DNA of 64,000 bases from Ramazzottius varieornatus. Taxonomy: Eukaryota > Animalia > Tardigrada. Shown piece after piece: positions 23,841 to 38,331 of this stretch. Under the pieces are notes generated by a model. That model was not told the origin of the DNA. It made no database searches and saw only the letters and a list, made by a program, of their open reading frames with translations. Made by a program: the position numbers and the translations under genes. Positions within the stretch are counted from its first letter, which is position 1, and each line of letters opens with the position of its first letter. The stretch spans positions 3,055,324-3,119,323 of the forward strand of contig BDGG01000001.1 of NCBI GenBank assembly GCA_001949185.1, read 5' to 3'.

Positions 23841-25846
23841 CTACCAAAGGCTTTCACCTTCCTCTTCCGCCGCAGCAGCCGGTTCATCCGCAGCGGTTTC
23901 ATCAGTCTCCTGTTCAATTTGATTCTTTTGCGGGAGCTCTTCCTGCTCTTTTGCGTTACTCATTTTTCTTGGACGTACATTTTCTACCTCGTCATGATCT
24001 CTTCCTTCGGGATCTTTCTCGGTTTCTTCGTCATCGTCGTGGCGGACTTTCTTTACGTCATCCTTGTTTTTTACCCAGTCAGCTTTAGCTTTGATGGCCT
24101 TTGGTTTGATAAGCTCCTTCTGTTCCTCCACCTTACCGTCCTTCTCGAATAGACTCTTACGTTCGCCAAACGTCCTTCGATCCGTTCGACGCTCGTACTT
24201 ACTGATCAGCACAACTTTGGGCGGATACCGAGAGGCCGCTGCGTTTGGATCCGCTGCGCCAGAAGCCACATGTTTCTTGTTGTTAATTTGACGTTGACGC
24301 TCGTTGAGCTCCTTCAGCTGGAAATTCACTTGGAGAGGTTAAAAGGTGCTCGGTAGAAACAACACCGAACATCTGGATACACTGGTCATACTCACATCGT
24401 ATTCTTGGCGCTTGAAGCGTTCGGCCAGGTCATATTTGGAAGTTTCGAGTTGAACGATAGTCTTCCACAGTTCCTCAGCTGTAGCCTTCAGTCCAGCCAC
24501 GTCCAGATCAGCAATCGAGAGGGGTTTGACGCGGTCGCTGATAGTCTTCTGTCGTAGGGTTTCCAGCTCGATGGTATTTAACGACATTTCGGTCTTCGCT
24601 TTCGAAATATTCATGAACTGCAAATACCAAAATGTACCAAGAACTTAAAGATTTAATCGTTGACCTTGCTTTTGCAGAGTTAACAGGAAGACCTTACTTT
24701 GTCGATGGTACTCTCTCCTTGCCCTTCTTTCTCCTTCTCAATCACAAAGTTCCTTCCTCCACTCATTGCCGCAGCAGCGGCTGCCTTCTTGCGTTCGGCT
24801 TCCTCCTGTTTCTTACGCTTTTCGTCTTCAATTTTTTGCTTTCTAGCTTCCTATTCATTTTAAAAAAATATCAAAATGGGCGTGGGTCGGCACGTCACTG
24901 AACATTCGGCTTCTGATTACTGTACCTCCTCTTTCCTTCGTTGTTCTTCCAAAAGAGCTTTCTCCTCGGCCATACGACGCTCCTCCTCTTCACGCTCCCT
25001 CTTTCGCTGAGCCTGTAAATAACAGAATGGGCGGTTGTTATCGGTCAGCCAAGCGAACCAGGCGAGGAAGTCCGCACCTGCTTTTCTTTCAGTCGGCGCA
25101 AGTCCTCGTCTTCCTTCTCCCGAGCTAAGCGTCGCTGTTCTTCCATCAGTCGAAGGGCCTCCATTTCCTCTTCTTCGTGCTTTCTCTGCTTAGCTTCGAT
25201 TATCTTTTGGGCTTCTGTCTTTTCAAGAGCCGGTGCCGGAGTGGGCGGAGCATCCTTCCTGTAGAAAATGCAACAATGAATTTTTCGGGAAGACATTTGA
25301 CGGATTTGTTCGAACCCCGCCCTTACTTGGTCTTTCGCTCTTGACTTTTTTGTTGGTTTGCACCACCCGATTGGTCCTCGTCCTGCTCTTCGTCCTCATC
25401 TCGAACAGACGCTCTATTCATAACAGACTTTAGGCTAAATTTAGTCAGTCGTAACGAAAGAGATCAATGTACCCCGAGGTGGGCTTTGTATTCTCCTTTT
25501 CCTCGGTTTCTTCCGGCTGGGTCCTAAAACGAAAACGACTGATGGGGGCAGAACAATATGTTGGCTGTTGTGTGAGAGGTATGAAAACGCTTCACTTACT
25601 CTTCCTCGGCTTCCTCGTTGCTGCAAAAACGTCGAAAGATCAAACCGAGTTTCGTAAGTTTTGTTATCAATCTTGGTCCATTTAGGATGAAAAGCTGTTC
25701 TGTGGTGGGTTGACAGTACGAAAGGGAACGATTCTCCTGTAACTGTGACCGTCCGCAGGAATCGAGCTCAGATTGCTTCAGTGGTTTGCCGCAGCAAATA
25801 CGACTGCAGGTAACAAAAGTACTTACTCCCACCAGTTGTCGGCCAT
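23841..25846 (-). CDS. TnT: Troponin T (protostome type, acidic C-terminal extension)
   Basis: RVKPLSIADLDVAGLKATAEELWKTIVQLETSKYDLAERFKRQEYDLKELNERQRQIN and YPPKVVLISKYERRTDRRTFGERKSLFE are invertebrate TnT signatures, preceded by an E/K/R-rich helix. ATG exon 25846-25827 (MADNWW, GTAAGT donor), followed by small phase-2 exons. Confidence 0.92.
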
Positions 25847-26466
25847 TGTCCAGTGAGTCGGTGTTCAGAGCGATCACAAGAATGTTTCTGTCACTGCCGA
25901 CTGGAAAGAGTGATAACCCAGCTATGCTATGCTTTCAACTTGGACGCCAGAAATATGGAGGAGGAACAAATATCAATACAGTGCTACGATGAAATGCAGA
26001 GGAAAAAACTCATATACTTCACATCCGAACCCATCTGATATACGCCTGGCCAATAATTTCTTGTGGTGTCTGTACTGATACGAGAATTCACGCTACGTAC
26101 GTGGGAAACTACTTGCACGGATGCGTGATGGCCTATCGGTAGTCTCCAATAATATTTCGACATACTGCACGATGCCATATTGGAAGCAGGAATCAATGTT
26201 CACAAGAACTCCGCTATGACACATCCCAGGATTTTAGCTGTAAACCAATAGATGGTAATAGAAGCAAGTAGCAGCCAAAGGATAATGATTAGTGAAGAAC
26301 CGACAGATGTATAGCAGTATGCGGAATGTGACAGAAAACAGCACAAACATGGTTGCATATTCAAATGTAAAAGCTTAACAAAAGAAAACCCGTAGAAAGC
26401 GGATGAGTAAGGGCATATATCTGCCGAGAACCATAGAAATCAGTACATTAGTTCAAAATCGGTTAC

Positions 26467-29400
26467 TTATAAAACTGTTGGTCGAATATCTGCATAATCC
26501 ACATTTTCATGAATGAAGCGAGGCGAGCCGTGGTCGTGCTCCGAGTTTGGTCCGCTGGGCAAATCCATGTGACTATAGTGCAGCCCGTCAGCCGAGATTC
26601 CGTCCATGCGTGTCGGAACTTGAGGCTTCACAAACGCAAAACACACACGTAAATAAGGAACATCACATGACGGGAACGTTTTGCAGAAACTTAAATATTT
26701 GTGCAGGAATGGGCGTTGCCATTCTTATGTTCATCTAGAGCGCATACTTTCTTTGAGAGATCACTTCCGCCATTAGGGATGATGTGGTGGGCATAGCCAT
26801 TGCCGTTTACACCGTTAGACTTATATTCGGTCTTCGTGACGATGGACTCGGTCTGCAGAGGGTTCTGCTTCAAGTTGTCGTCCTTGTGGTGAGCCGAACG
26901 GATGAGCTCGCTTTCCGATTTCACGTCACTGCAACGAGATCACGATTAACGTCTGCAGTAAACCCCAAACCTCTGCGAGGGAAATAGAAGCCTTTTTACC
27001 GCTTTTCAACATCGCCGTTATTGAACGACTTCGTTGCTGCGAAGAAGAAGACAGGGTATCAGCCATGCTTCTGAATTTGGTTTAATGACAGCCGGACTCG
27101 GCCAGACAAGAGCGCTAGCTTACTTGCGAAACAGAATCGTTTGGTTCTGTAACAGCAGACAATGGCGATGAGACCAAGCAAAAGAGCAGACCCAAGTCCG
27201 ACCACTATCCCGACGATCAATGAAGTCGTCGAAGAATCTGCGAAAGTGAAAAGTTACTGTATTGGGGCGGTTGTATTGTATATGGGCATGCAGCGCCCTC
27301 TAGCGGGAACCCACTTACCTCGGACGTTGAGTTGCACCGACTGGAAGCTGCTTCCCTTCTCGTTCTCCACCATGAAGCGGTATCGTCCGGCGTCGGACTG
27401 TTCCAACTGGAGGACCTTGAGCCTCGATTCGTAGCAGCCTTGTCGTGGTAACTCCCGGACTGACGTCTGGTACTTTTGGTTGTTGGTGGCGATGGGTGTT
27501 CCGGGTCGCTGCTTATCCGAGGGACGCTGTTCCCGCTGCCAGTAGAAGTTCGTTGGGGGAGGTTGACTACAGTAGATGGCAGACAGGGTGGCTTCGGCTG
27601 ATTTGTCAGCGGTGACGTCAGTCCGAGGTCCATTCGCCGTGGAGGCTTCGAACTGAGGCTTCCCTGCACAAACATTATAACTAAACTCTGAAATCGGTAT
27701 CGAGATAGGTGGTGAATCCACCGGAAGTACTCGCGGGAGGACTGGAAAAAACCACTGGAATCTTAGATATACAGGCGCAATGGTGGCCAGTCCGTTATGT
27801 CACCGCGATTACCCGGCGACCTTGATGGGAAGACTGTCTAAACAGCGAGTGAGTAGGAGTAATAATCTAAACATGATTACCCTTGACGAAGAGTTCACCG
27901 GCATCGGAGAGGACAATATTTTCCTTGTTGTTAATTGTGTTACTTGCTTTGCACCAATATTTTCCCTGGGAGCTGTAATCGACATTTATGCTTAAATTTC
28001 GAGCTTCCGCGAGTTGAATGGTCTGGCCATCTGTTGTGTTCTGGAACCATTGTATGCGAGGAGAAGGATTGCCTTCCGCGTCGCAGTAGAGCATTACTTG
28101 CTGCTCGAGATCAACGTTGTCACTGTGGGGCTGAGCAGTGAAAACAGGAACATCTGGAAGAGTTTCAGAAATATTCGTAATGAAATTCGATATTAAACTT
28201 TCAAGTGGGTGAACATACATCTGACGGCGAGATCATACACTGATCGCACGGCGTCAAAGACCGAACTGCGAGCGATGCAGGTGTAGTTGCCATTGAATTC
28301 GTGGGTTAATTTCTCCAGCTGGAAGGACGACGAGTTGATGAGGGGAAGTTCGCGGCCATTTTGGTACCATTTGACAACGGCGGGCGGGTTGGCAGGCGCG
28401 TAACATGACAAGACCACATCTTGGCCTTCTGTAAGATCTCCGGCCGGCTGTTGGTCCAGAGTAATGATGGGAGCATCTGTGAGGAAGACAGGCATTAAAA
28501 TCTTAATGCTAAGAATTTGAATACACAGATCGTGAGCATTCCAGAGCGTCCAAACGCTTCTGATTGTTTGAACATGGGCCAACGTACAAAGGACGTTGAG
28601 ATGCGCATAAGTGGATAGTGATCCCGCTAAAGCCGGATGGCCTGAAATAAAACGATATATTATTTATTCAAGTCGGGCTATAACGGCGAACTTTCGGCTT
28701 CTTATTGACTCACTAATTTCGCATTTCAACTGGCCCCCGTTATCCTCCGGTTGGAACTGATAGGTCAATGTACTGATGGTGTTGTACAGTTTGCCATTGG
28801 GAACTGTCTGGTTGATAGTCTGGGCAGAATCGCTAATATCCTTTGTCCCGATCCACCTGAAAACAAAGCAACACGTCTGTTTGTTTGCTCAATATGACAA
28901 GATAAATACCGCACACCGCCTAAATGATGAATGCTTTTCTCATGCTGAAGCTCTATTCATAGCTGGTATCCTAATGAGAAACACAGTAATCAGTCGACAT
29001 GTTACTATTTCTCTCCATATATCTCAGGAAATGAATGCCTAACTATTTTCTTGATTCGTGTGCTTTCAGTTTTCTGTTCCTTATTATTTTAGAAAATAAA
29101 GGTGGGGGGAAACAAGTTTGTTTTCTAACCATTTCAGGCCTGCCGGTGGGTTGGAGTCTCTGGCGATGCAAGTAACAGTTGCATTCATGTCCGATCTAGC
29201 CTGAAGTTCGTCACCGTTCCGTAACGACGAGCCGGCCAGTTGCAAGGTGGGCCGATCCCGTGGAGGAACCCGAATAACCAGTCGAGCTTTCCTTGACCGT
29301 AGCGCGCCGGTACTACCAGGTACAAGTGCCTGGCATTCCCACAAGCCGTCGTCGCGGTCCACACTCACGCCGGAAATCCGGATTGTGTGTTCGTTGTTGG

Positions 29401-32400
29401 CCAAGTCCCCCACTGTCGCGTACACTCCAGTGGTGCCCACATTTTGAATATTGCCTGTAATTAAGCGGACAGTTAACTCATGCAAAGTATGGGTTATGGA
29501 CAAGAAAGGGAGGTGGGTTGCGCAACCAATTTCAGAGTGGTCAAGCAGAGCGTGTCAAGTGGGTACCCAGCTGGCACTACTTATTTCGTCCAAATGGGAA
29601 TGTCTGTTGCTTCTTCCCCCGTAATTACTTTAACAACCAACTAAAGTAAAAATCTGCGCTCAACCTACCATCTTTCAGCCAAATGACCGTGACGGCTTGG
29701 TTCAGACGACATTTAAGGTCCACATTATCACCCGGATTAACTTCTTGGTCCGATGGCTCTTCGACAAATGACGGTGCAGGCGTAGTCTGGGCAAAAAGTA
29801 CTGCAAGAAAAAGCAAAAGATTATGTCACTGTGACAAAGATAAAAATTCATAGTGAAATACATCTAGGTTAAACGGAAAAATGCCATACAGATCTATATA
29901 ATATGTACAACGAATCGTGAATACTAGAGCGTCATTACATCAAACACCATCCAGAAGTCAGTATGAGCACCAATGTTATAATAATCTGGGTTGTATATTG
30001 TATTTTTTTCTCTGAATTTTCCGACTGGTACCAGGAAGTCCAATAGGCTGACAACCTGCGATGAACATACTATATATGAATTCTGGTGTCCGACCCAAAC
30101 GGGGATGGTAAAGGTAAGGTGGACCAAGGGGTGAAACTGTCTGTCACAAACAGGGCGCTTTAAGTGAAATTTGATCTGCCCATTTCAATTTTAGAATTTG
30201 GGGGAAATGAAAAGCGGATTAAATATACAGAGATGTGGCAAGAGATATACCCTGTCCCGGTTGTAATTTCCCTGATCGAATCTGCCTGACGGCTTTAAAG
30301 GCTAGAGCGGAGCACGAGACGCCTAAAGCTCTTATCCAAATGAAAATATACCTTCTCACATTACAAGCCGGCAAATCCGCCGCTGAATGACTACATACCA
30401 CCCCCGATGTGAGAGCGAACCTTATAGCTGTCCTTCCCTGGCAATCACCCGAATCAGCATCTCTAATCCTTCAGACATGTGCCTTGACGCGAGAATGGCA
30501 GATTTTGTATTTTGACTGACTCGAACAGACCATCGGTCAACTATATTGAAAAGGACAGAATTGCTCAGGAAATTCTTTGTTCGCGCAGGCAACAGACAGC
30601 ACAATGTGACACGCAATGGTTTGAGAGCTCGCTATGTGGATATGACAGCTTTCGTAAATCGAACTTTGCGTCCCTTTTGTGCTTGTCTTTCAAAAAGCCG
30701 GATGCAGGGGAAAAGCGAATATATTCCGATCGCCATCGACAGTTTGAGTTCGAACTGGACTTCGCATATAGAGTGCTTACGGTTCCCGAGCATGCGAACA
30801 CTTTGGTCCGCTTGTTTTGTCATGCAAATGTCGGAAAGAGCGCATGAATCGAGATATGAAATAAAAGCCTCATCATGAACGGCTAGCGGGTCACTGCTCA
30901 TAAAAGACCGAGAAGCTCCTAATGACTTAATGGACGGTCCGAGGATTTGTTTGCTTGACAAGCACATCGCTGTCACTGTCGACTATTTACGTTGAATTGG
31001 ACGGTCAAGTTTATGGCCTCTCCTTTCAATAGCTTTATGAAACGTGCCATGTCACAAGAGTTCTCACCGGCAAACATAGAATCAATAAATTAATTCGCGA
31101 AATATTAAAAATCTACCGACATTTTCACCTTGAAAGAGAAAAATTGATATCGCATGGGGAGTCGACAAATGACTCGAGCGGGTTCACTTCCCCAGTGGCG
31201 CACTTTTTCAGCCAAACCCAATGAGAAGGTCGCCACTTGAAACAACGCTCATGTTGAATTCGTTCACCGACTTCCCGTATATTTTGTACATTTAATTCTT
31301 TGATTGCCAGCAGGACACGCTACTTCCGGTTGTGTGAAAGAGCCGGTACTGTGTTTTGAAAGGTTCCTTTATTCTGATCTAAAGTCGATAGTGATAACGC
31401 GTAACTTAATCAGGATTAAGGCGTAATGAACGATATATTATATCGGCGGAGAATGGCCTAAATATGGTGGAAAGCAATATGCAACAACACCTCGAGGGAA
31501 CTGGATGAAGCCGGAAAAGACATTACGTTGATGATGGAGCTTGATACAAGCAGACGTTGACTGGTTACAAGCAAACAAGCATCTTCACACGGACCCTGTA
31601 ATCAAGGGGTGGAAACGCGACAAACTCCTTCACACAATGTGACAAGAGAACCACAATGATTGAAGATACACGGGCTTTTTTCGGCCATGATCGCCATCAT
31701 AAAACTCAACAAGTCTTTCGGCACTTGAAGTGGCGCTATTCACGGGGACATCTCCTTAACACTTGTGCCAGGGATCATTCACTCGACGTCTCAACAGCTC
31801 AGTAAACAAGCGTACACTGTAGCTACAGGAAACTGTGTCACACGCTCCCCCTCCCATCAATGGATGCAAGTCCCTGCGGACATTCGAATCTTATTTCTTG
31901 CAAAACATAATCTTAAAAAGGCAACACGGTCATTTGGTTTCCAAACGGAAACGGCCCATCTGCGTCTGCCTTCTCCATCACCAGATCCATTTCACAGTTG
32001 TGACAGAGATCTGGCAGCGGACATTTCCCTTTTGCCGCGAAATAGATGGACCAGATGTTTCGCCATCTCACTCTTCGGTCATTTTAAGACTCTTTCACAG
32101 AGATTTTGATAGGAAAATAAAGCTTTCATGTTGAACGGTGGCCGGTGGTCTCCGCAGAATTTTGATAAGCCTATGGCTACTTTACAATGCTGATCGAAGT
32201 CGACAAGACGAAAGATCGCCATACTCATCCACATCCGTGTCTGTCGTCATTTTGGAAATTAATGGTCCCACTGACCAGCTGAGTTTGCCGAGATTTATGA
32301 CGAGTTGTCTCAAGCAAGCTCAACTCGAACGATACTTAAGACGCATTCCGCGGTGCAAAATTGCTCAAGACGGTCAACGAATTATCATAAATCTCCCAGC

Positions 32401-35400
32401 TAGTTATCGATTATAATGTTGAAGAGGTGCTTTTACCATTCTCTACTGTCAGCGCAGGCACTAAATTTGCCTAGAATGTTTTCAACAATCAAGAGCGAAA
32501 GTTAGCGGTCCGAATACACTACAGACGGCTTGAGAGTATCAACGGAAGAATGGAGAGGTGCTAGAATAGGCAAATTGTGGCGCTAAGGGGGTCCACACCG
32601 TCCGACGTTCCATCTTAGCATGCCGATCAAGCTCGGACAATGCCGGCTTCTAAACAGCCACTTGCTCCAGCAGAATGGACCGGTCAACTGATACGTCTTA
32701 CTCTGAGCAAAATATGTTTATGGAAAACGAAGAAGAAGGCCGAAGAAGACCAGTTTGCGGGGGAAACGCGATGCGCTCCAATCAGCCGGAACATATGGCC
32801 GTATTCTGTGGATTTTGTAATACGAGATGCAACGTCGGGATTCCTCTCAAGGTTAACAAGCCTTTCTTATGAGGCACATCCGTTACGTTATTATGGCAAT
32901 AGGCACTTTTATCGCTGCCTCGGAGATTGTCAATAGCAAGTGCTGATCGCCGGTCTTTCTATTTGACCCATATTCTGTATGCCGTATATTATTGGGCAAA
33001 AAAGATTTATGCTGCAAAATCACCTGGTTCTCGCAAAAAAATATGACCACCTGCATGAGGCCGACCAAAAATCTATTATCACCTTTTTAGTGATTTTAGA
33101 ATTTCACCGTGCAACTCTTCGAAAAGTAGAGTGTATACAGGCCACAAAGGAGAATCTTAGCTAATGGAATAGTAGCGAGTTCGTTCGATATTCACAGATA
33201 CACAAAAGCAAACGGCGGAAATGCTCAATAGGGTCTTTTCTTCCATGCGATATTTGATTAGTGCAGGGAGAAATATATGCATACGGTCTAAACGAAAATT
33301 TATGCATCGCCTCCTCAGATTATGGATTTAATTACGCTCTGATAAGCTCAAAACAGCCCAGATTCGAGCAAGAGGTTTCATGCATGGCCACACCGGACAA
33401 TAATGGGAAAACTGACCACGCATAGCCTACATTTATTCATAATTTTCCTGGCGCTTGTCCATCGGCAATCTACGGCCACGAATAGGTCTAACCTTGCTTG
33501 CAATATGGTCATGTGATATTTTAGCTGACCGACATTTTGTCCGCCAACCTTACATATGCTGAGCGACGCCCTCTACCTGACACATGCAAAAAGTTCTTGT
33601 CCATGGTTTTTGCTGAATAATGGTTTTTCGCGTCTATTATCGGCACGTTAGTTCGCTAAAGATCTTCGTGTTTTTCCTCGTGAGCTACGATGATAAATCG
33701 AAACGAGGACTAGGTCAATGTCAATTTAGGCAGTGTGAACTTGGTGGCTCGTCAGATGGAAAGACACGAGAATCGTGCGGCATCACACCCGCCCGTAAAA
33801 TACACAGCTTGTCGCGGTTGACATACACACAGAATTAGCAAGGAAAACACGCGAACTGTGAAGCCGACCCTGCTGATAGCTCTCCTCCATGGTTCACTCG
33901 TCCAGATACAATAGCGGGAAAAAACTGTATCCAGTTCGTTTATTTATCTGTTAATTATGCCCAGTCACGGACCAAGTTTAGATTGTCACATAAGGGCTGG
34001 AAGGCCCGGTGCGGTGTGTTGGGCTGATCGCTAAAGAAATAAACTTCTTGCCCGCTAATCTACATAAACGTTACACTTGGTAGGACAAAGCGCCAGAAAG
34101 CTTGGTTACGGTTCACTGGACAAACTATTGTGCGGTTCTTTATTGAACTGCGCCGCAACAAGCTTCTGCAGCAGCTGTGGCGGTCCCTTTTAATCACATT
34201 TCAGTCATTAAAACCCCTTTTTTGTATTTTACTCCAACGGCTGTCACAGATTTCCCTTCCTTGTTCGTATTAAAAACTCATAAAGGAGTTTTTGTCCAAA
34301 CAGATTCGAAAGAAACGCGAAACATCTGGCGTGACCGGAAGTACCCAATGGTACCCTCGCACGACATTACATGCCTATTAGGCATTCTCGTGTGGTCCGT
34401 TCGTCCTCTGCCCAGTGAACACTTTGAGACGGAGCTAAAGCCTGATTGATTTTAGTTTTGTGGCAGAGTATGCCGAAGATTGTGCACGGTTAAGTAACTC
34501 CAGACGTTTAGTTTAACGGACAGTTAAGCACACAAATGACCGGACGTTGCGTCTGACGTCATGCAAGGTGCGCGGCTTTATTATGCGGTTCTGTGTGAGA
34601 TGCTTGCCGGTAGAGAAAAGACCATTAGTGTCGCGGTCAAGGGTGGCTATATCATCGAACTAATTCTTACCTTGCCTACATGTGAACTGCAACGCAGGTT
34701 TGCAGGTGGAATATTGTTTAATAATCACAGTGGTCGAGCAGACTGCAAGACCGGCATTGAGGTCTGATCGAAGTCTGCAAGAGCGCTAGCGAAAGACAAG
34801 TCAAGCAAAATGACACTTCCGTTACATTGCTTGACTATTTACCCTGCAGCAAAACAAACTCCACATCAGAACCTGATACCGTCTTGCATGCCGCAACTTT
34901 CTTGGCACTTCTCACCGTCAGCGGTGATCAGACGTAAATCATTGCTCTCTAACCGCGTATTGAGTTCATCAATTTTAAGGTAATGCAAGTCTTTAAATCC
35001 AATATCTATTAGCACAACAGAAAAGCAGATCGATTGCTTCTGAACGTAACGATTCTTTTTGGCAAGCTCAGATTTCACGGACAAGGAAGTTCTTCCACAG
35101 ACCCAGTGGGTTATCGGAGCGCGCAGCTTGATCGAGGAAAATGTCCAGCAGACACTCATCCTATAAAAGTGTTTATCTGCCAAGGAGATGAAATGAAAGA
35201 GGCGAGGAAGGACAGGATGGAAGTGAAGTGAAGGGGTTTCGCTTGACCGACAAACATCTTTACAATATAATGCAGCCATTCTTCCACATGACAAATCTTC
35301 GTGTACATTACATATTTTCATATTTGGCCATCCAGGCTTGGTCCAGCACCAACCGTGGCGACATTGGTTCTTAAGCGCATTGAAAAGTAATTTCCAAAGC

Positions 35401-38331
35401 GTAATGTAAAACCTTTGGTCTAAGCACACACAGGCGGTACAATGCTAGACACTGACCAGAGAGCAGTGAGAAAGGCAGACATTAGTGTGACACGTTGTTA
35501 TTCGAAGGGAATCAATTTCACTTATGGAAGCCATGAAGGAAAATATCACTCTCACACCTGCCTTCAAGGAAGTCTTTTGCACTGTCCATTCTGGGCTTCA
35601 CACGCATATGCAACGTTACTATAGCTGCTGTGGATTAAACGGAATGTCCGAGCAAACATGATGCTCGTTAAGTGGCCGTGAAAGAATTTTCTACAAATAA
35701 ACACTGCAGCCTGCCCCTTGCGGCTCTTTGTACCGGCAACATAATGCTCATGCTCTGCCCCAACTGTCAGCCATGCTTGCTGTTCAAGGAGCTGTTGCTT
35801 ACTTCCATGACTGATTCTGAGCATTTAAATACACTCTGGATTCATCAAGGAAAGAGGTCAAGAATTTTCAAGTCGCGAACAGCTGACAGGAAGAATGCCG
35901 GCGTCCTGAGCACAGACCAGGAAGAAGATCGAGCGTATCAATTAGACCGGCTGCTACTGCTCATCACCAGATTCCGCACTATAATTGCCCTTTTGATCAA
36001 TTCTATCTACTCATCGTCCCTCTTCTATTCTCCCACCCAAATCTTTGATCTTTTAGCCGGCGGCATGTATTTATCCACTGAAATAAAAAATCTGGAAAAG
36101 CACAGGAAGACTTCTCCCACGGACTACGCCCTTGTGAAATTTTAGGAACAGAGACGGAAATACGGCCATATATGTTAGATACAGATTGCTTTTCTCATAC
36201 AATAATCTTTCCAAGTGGATATTGATCGTTTTGCGTCAATAAGACGAGGCTGACCGGAAAAGCCGTGCATGCAGAGTAGTGGAATAAATTTGACCTGGAA
36301 ATGCCGCATTTCCCCTGGACAAGTCTAGCATGTTTCCTGGAGAGTGTCTATTGTTGTGAAGGTGATACGTCCATTGGGAATATGCAGGGCATGACAGTTG
36401 CCACTTTTCCGCTCTGAAAGTCCATCAAGATAATTTGCCTCCTTGCCGGCCAAAAGGGTCCTCTAGATCTGGACTAGCAAAAGTCAGACGGCAACAACAC
36501 AACTGTCCATACTATGATGAAGAACGCCTCCTAATTATCCCCTTAGATGAAGCGTGGAATGGAAACGTGTCTGGCTGTGTCCGGTCATTCATTTTCGTTA
36601 TCCCAAAGACCACTTTCACATGTACGCCGATACACACATTCATCCCGCGACGGGGAAAGTCGATCGGCCTCGTCAACCTCCAAACATCCGCCTCAGCACT
36701 TGGGCCTTTCTTGTCGAGCTCGATTAGCTTTACCAATTTTGTTTTTACCTTTCTACTTCGGAAACCTTCGGAAAAAATTTCGTACAATAAGAGCGAAATT
36801 ATTCGGAAAGAAATGATATGTATGTGACTATTTATGGTCCGGAATATAGGGCGTTGGTCCTCGCTGGCTGGCGGCACAACGTCCCAGCAGGACTTGACAT
36901 ATCCATCATCGTCAGCCTGGGCAGTTTGAGATGGATACGATAGATCCATGTGATTTTTCATCAGCCATCAGGACGTCCTGCCGTTAGCCGAGTGTCCATC
37001 TCAACTGGACGCGCGGGACGCGGGAGCTGACACATATACAGGCATGCAGCGACGAGTAACGCCATATCACGCTATATCCTTCCATATCAAATTTCAATAA
37101 CTCATCGCTACATCTCGCATATATGTGTTGTATTCAACCATGCTATACGCCGGCCAGATTCACTGCCATCAACGGCGGACAGGCACGTGAAGCGCCATGT
37201 CGCGAGCAATGACTCGGGAAGATGTTATCCCATCCTAAGCTTCAACCATCCGTCATCAGTCAGAAAATATTCATCAACGAAGCCTAAAAACTCACTGAAA
37301 GACTAGACGTCGTTGCTTACGATATCCTCTCGTGCCTGACAGTATAGATTTTCTGTCCGTCATCCTCCGTTGAGAAATGATTCCAATAAATGCTAAATAG
37401 GTTTTGATGATGAGAAAATATCAATCACTATTTCACGTGTCTCATCGTCCTAACTGGACAAATTTCTCGACAATCTTTTGACGATCGTTTGACCTGGATA
37501 CTCGGGTCGCGACTTACAAACCCACGACGCGAGTCTTCACTCATAAATAAATAAACATAATAAAGGTTTATTGTCACAAATTTATCGACACTGTACTCAA
37601 AACCAATACAGACACTTGTATCAGTCATCCCATCCCTGGTCATTTGCAAGTGAGAATGGCGGCTCTATTGGGGGGTCCTATTTGACATGCGCAAAGGGAC
37701 CTCGTTTCAGACAATTCGCGCGCATATTGTTTTGACCTCAGCTGACTGTGCCGGCTGGAGATCGGTCCGCCACTGGCAGATTGCAGCCCGGAATGCAATT
37801 GCCTAACGTTCGCTCCCTGACGATATCATTTACCAGGCACTCTGGAATGACCGGTCGATTGCATCTGCACATGCTAATGACGTATAGGGAAAAGGATGGG
37901 GAAGGAAGACTCTTCTCCTCCCAACTGTGCGTGCAGCAATCTCGGGATAGGCGAAAATGCCTCATTTGGCACAGTTGCATTCTAATCCCGACAAAGCGGT
38001 TTGTTCCAAACAATTAGCCCGATCCTTTCCATAACAGGCAACTAATAGGCCCAGCATGAGCCCTTGGTCCACGGCCTAAGTGCTACGGCCCATAATAATC
38101 ACCTCCTTCCAATCATCAATTACACGGTAAATTATTAATAAATGATCATGTGTGCGCTGGCCAAATACGCCACGGACCATTGGTACCGGTCTTCGCAAAT
38201 AGGGACATCGAGAAATCATTACTGAATACTTTTACATCAACGGTCGTAAGGCTAATAGACGCGACCTTACCTTGAGCATGGATTATGAGCGATATCCAGC
38301 CGATGAGGCATAATCGGCGGCTGGACTTCAT
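26467..38331 (-). CDS. Ig-superfamily single-pass adhesion protein, 5 Ig + TM (Kirre/NEPH-like architecture)
   Basis: Ig exons 29800-27318 (DDGLWECQ, CIARDSNPPAGLKW, FNGNYTC, SQGKYWC, DAGRYRF). TM LIVGIVVGLGSALLLGLIAIVCC. Last exon ends ..VDYADIRPTVL* at 26467. Signal-peptide exon inferred at 38331-38271 (phase 1, GTAAGG donor); this 5' end is less certain than the gene body. Confidence 0.78.

Noticed and set aside
34866-36961. ORFs of 130-187 aa inside the large IgSF intron
   Set aside because: No recognisable domain, several have non-ATG starts, composition looks random, and there is no coherent splice structure.
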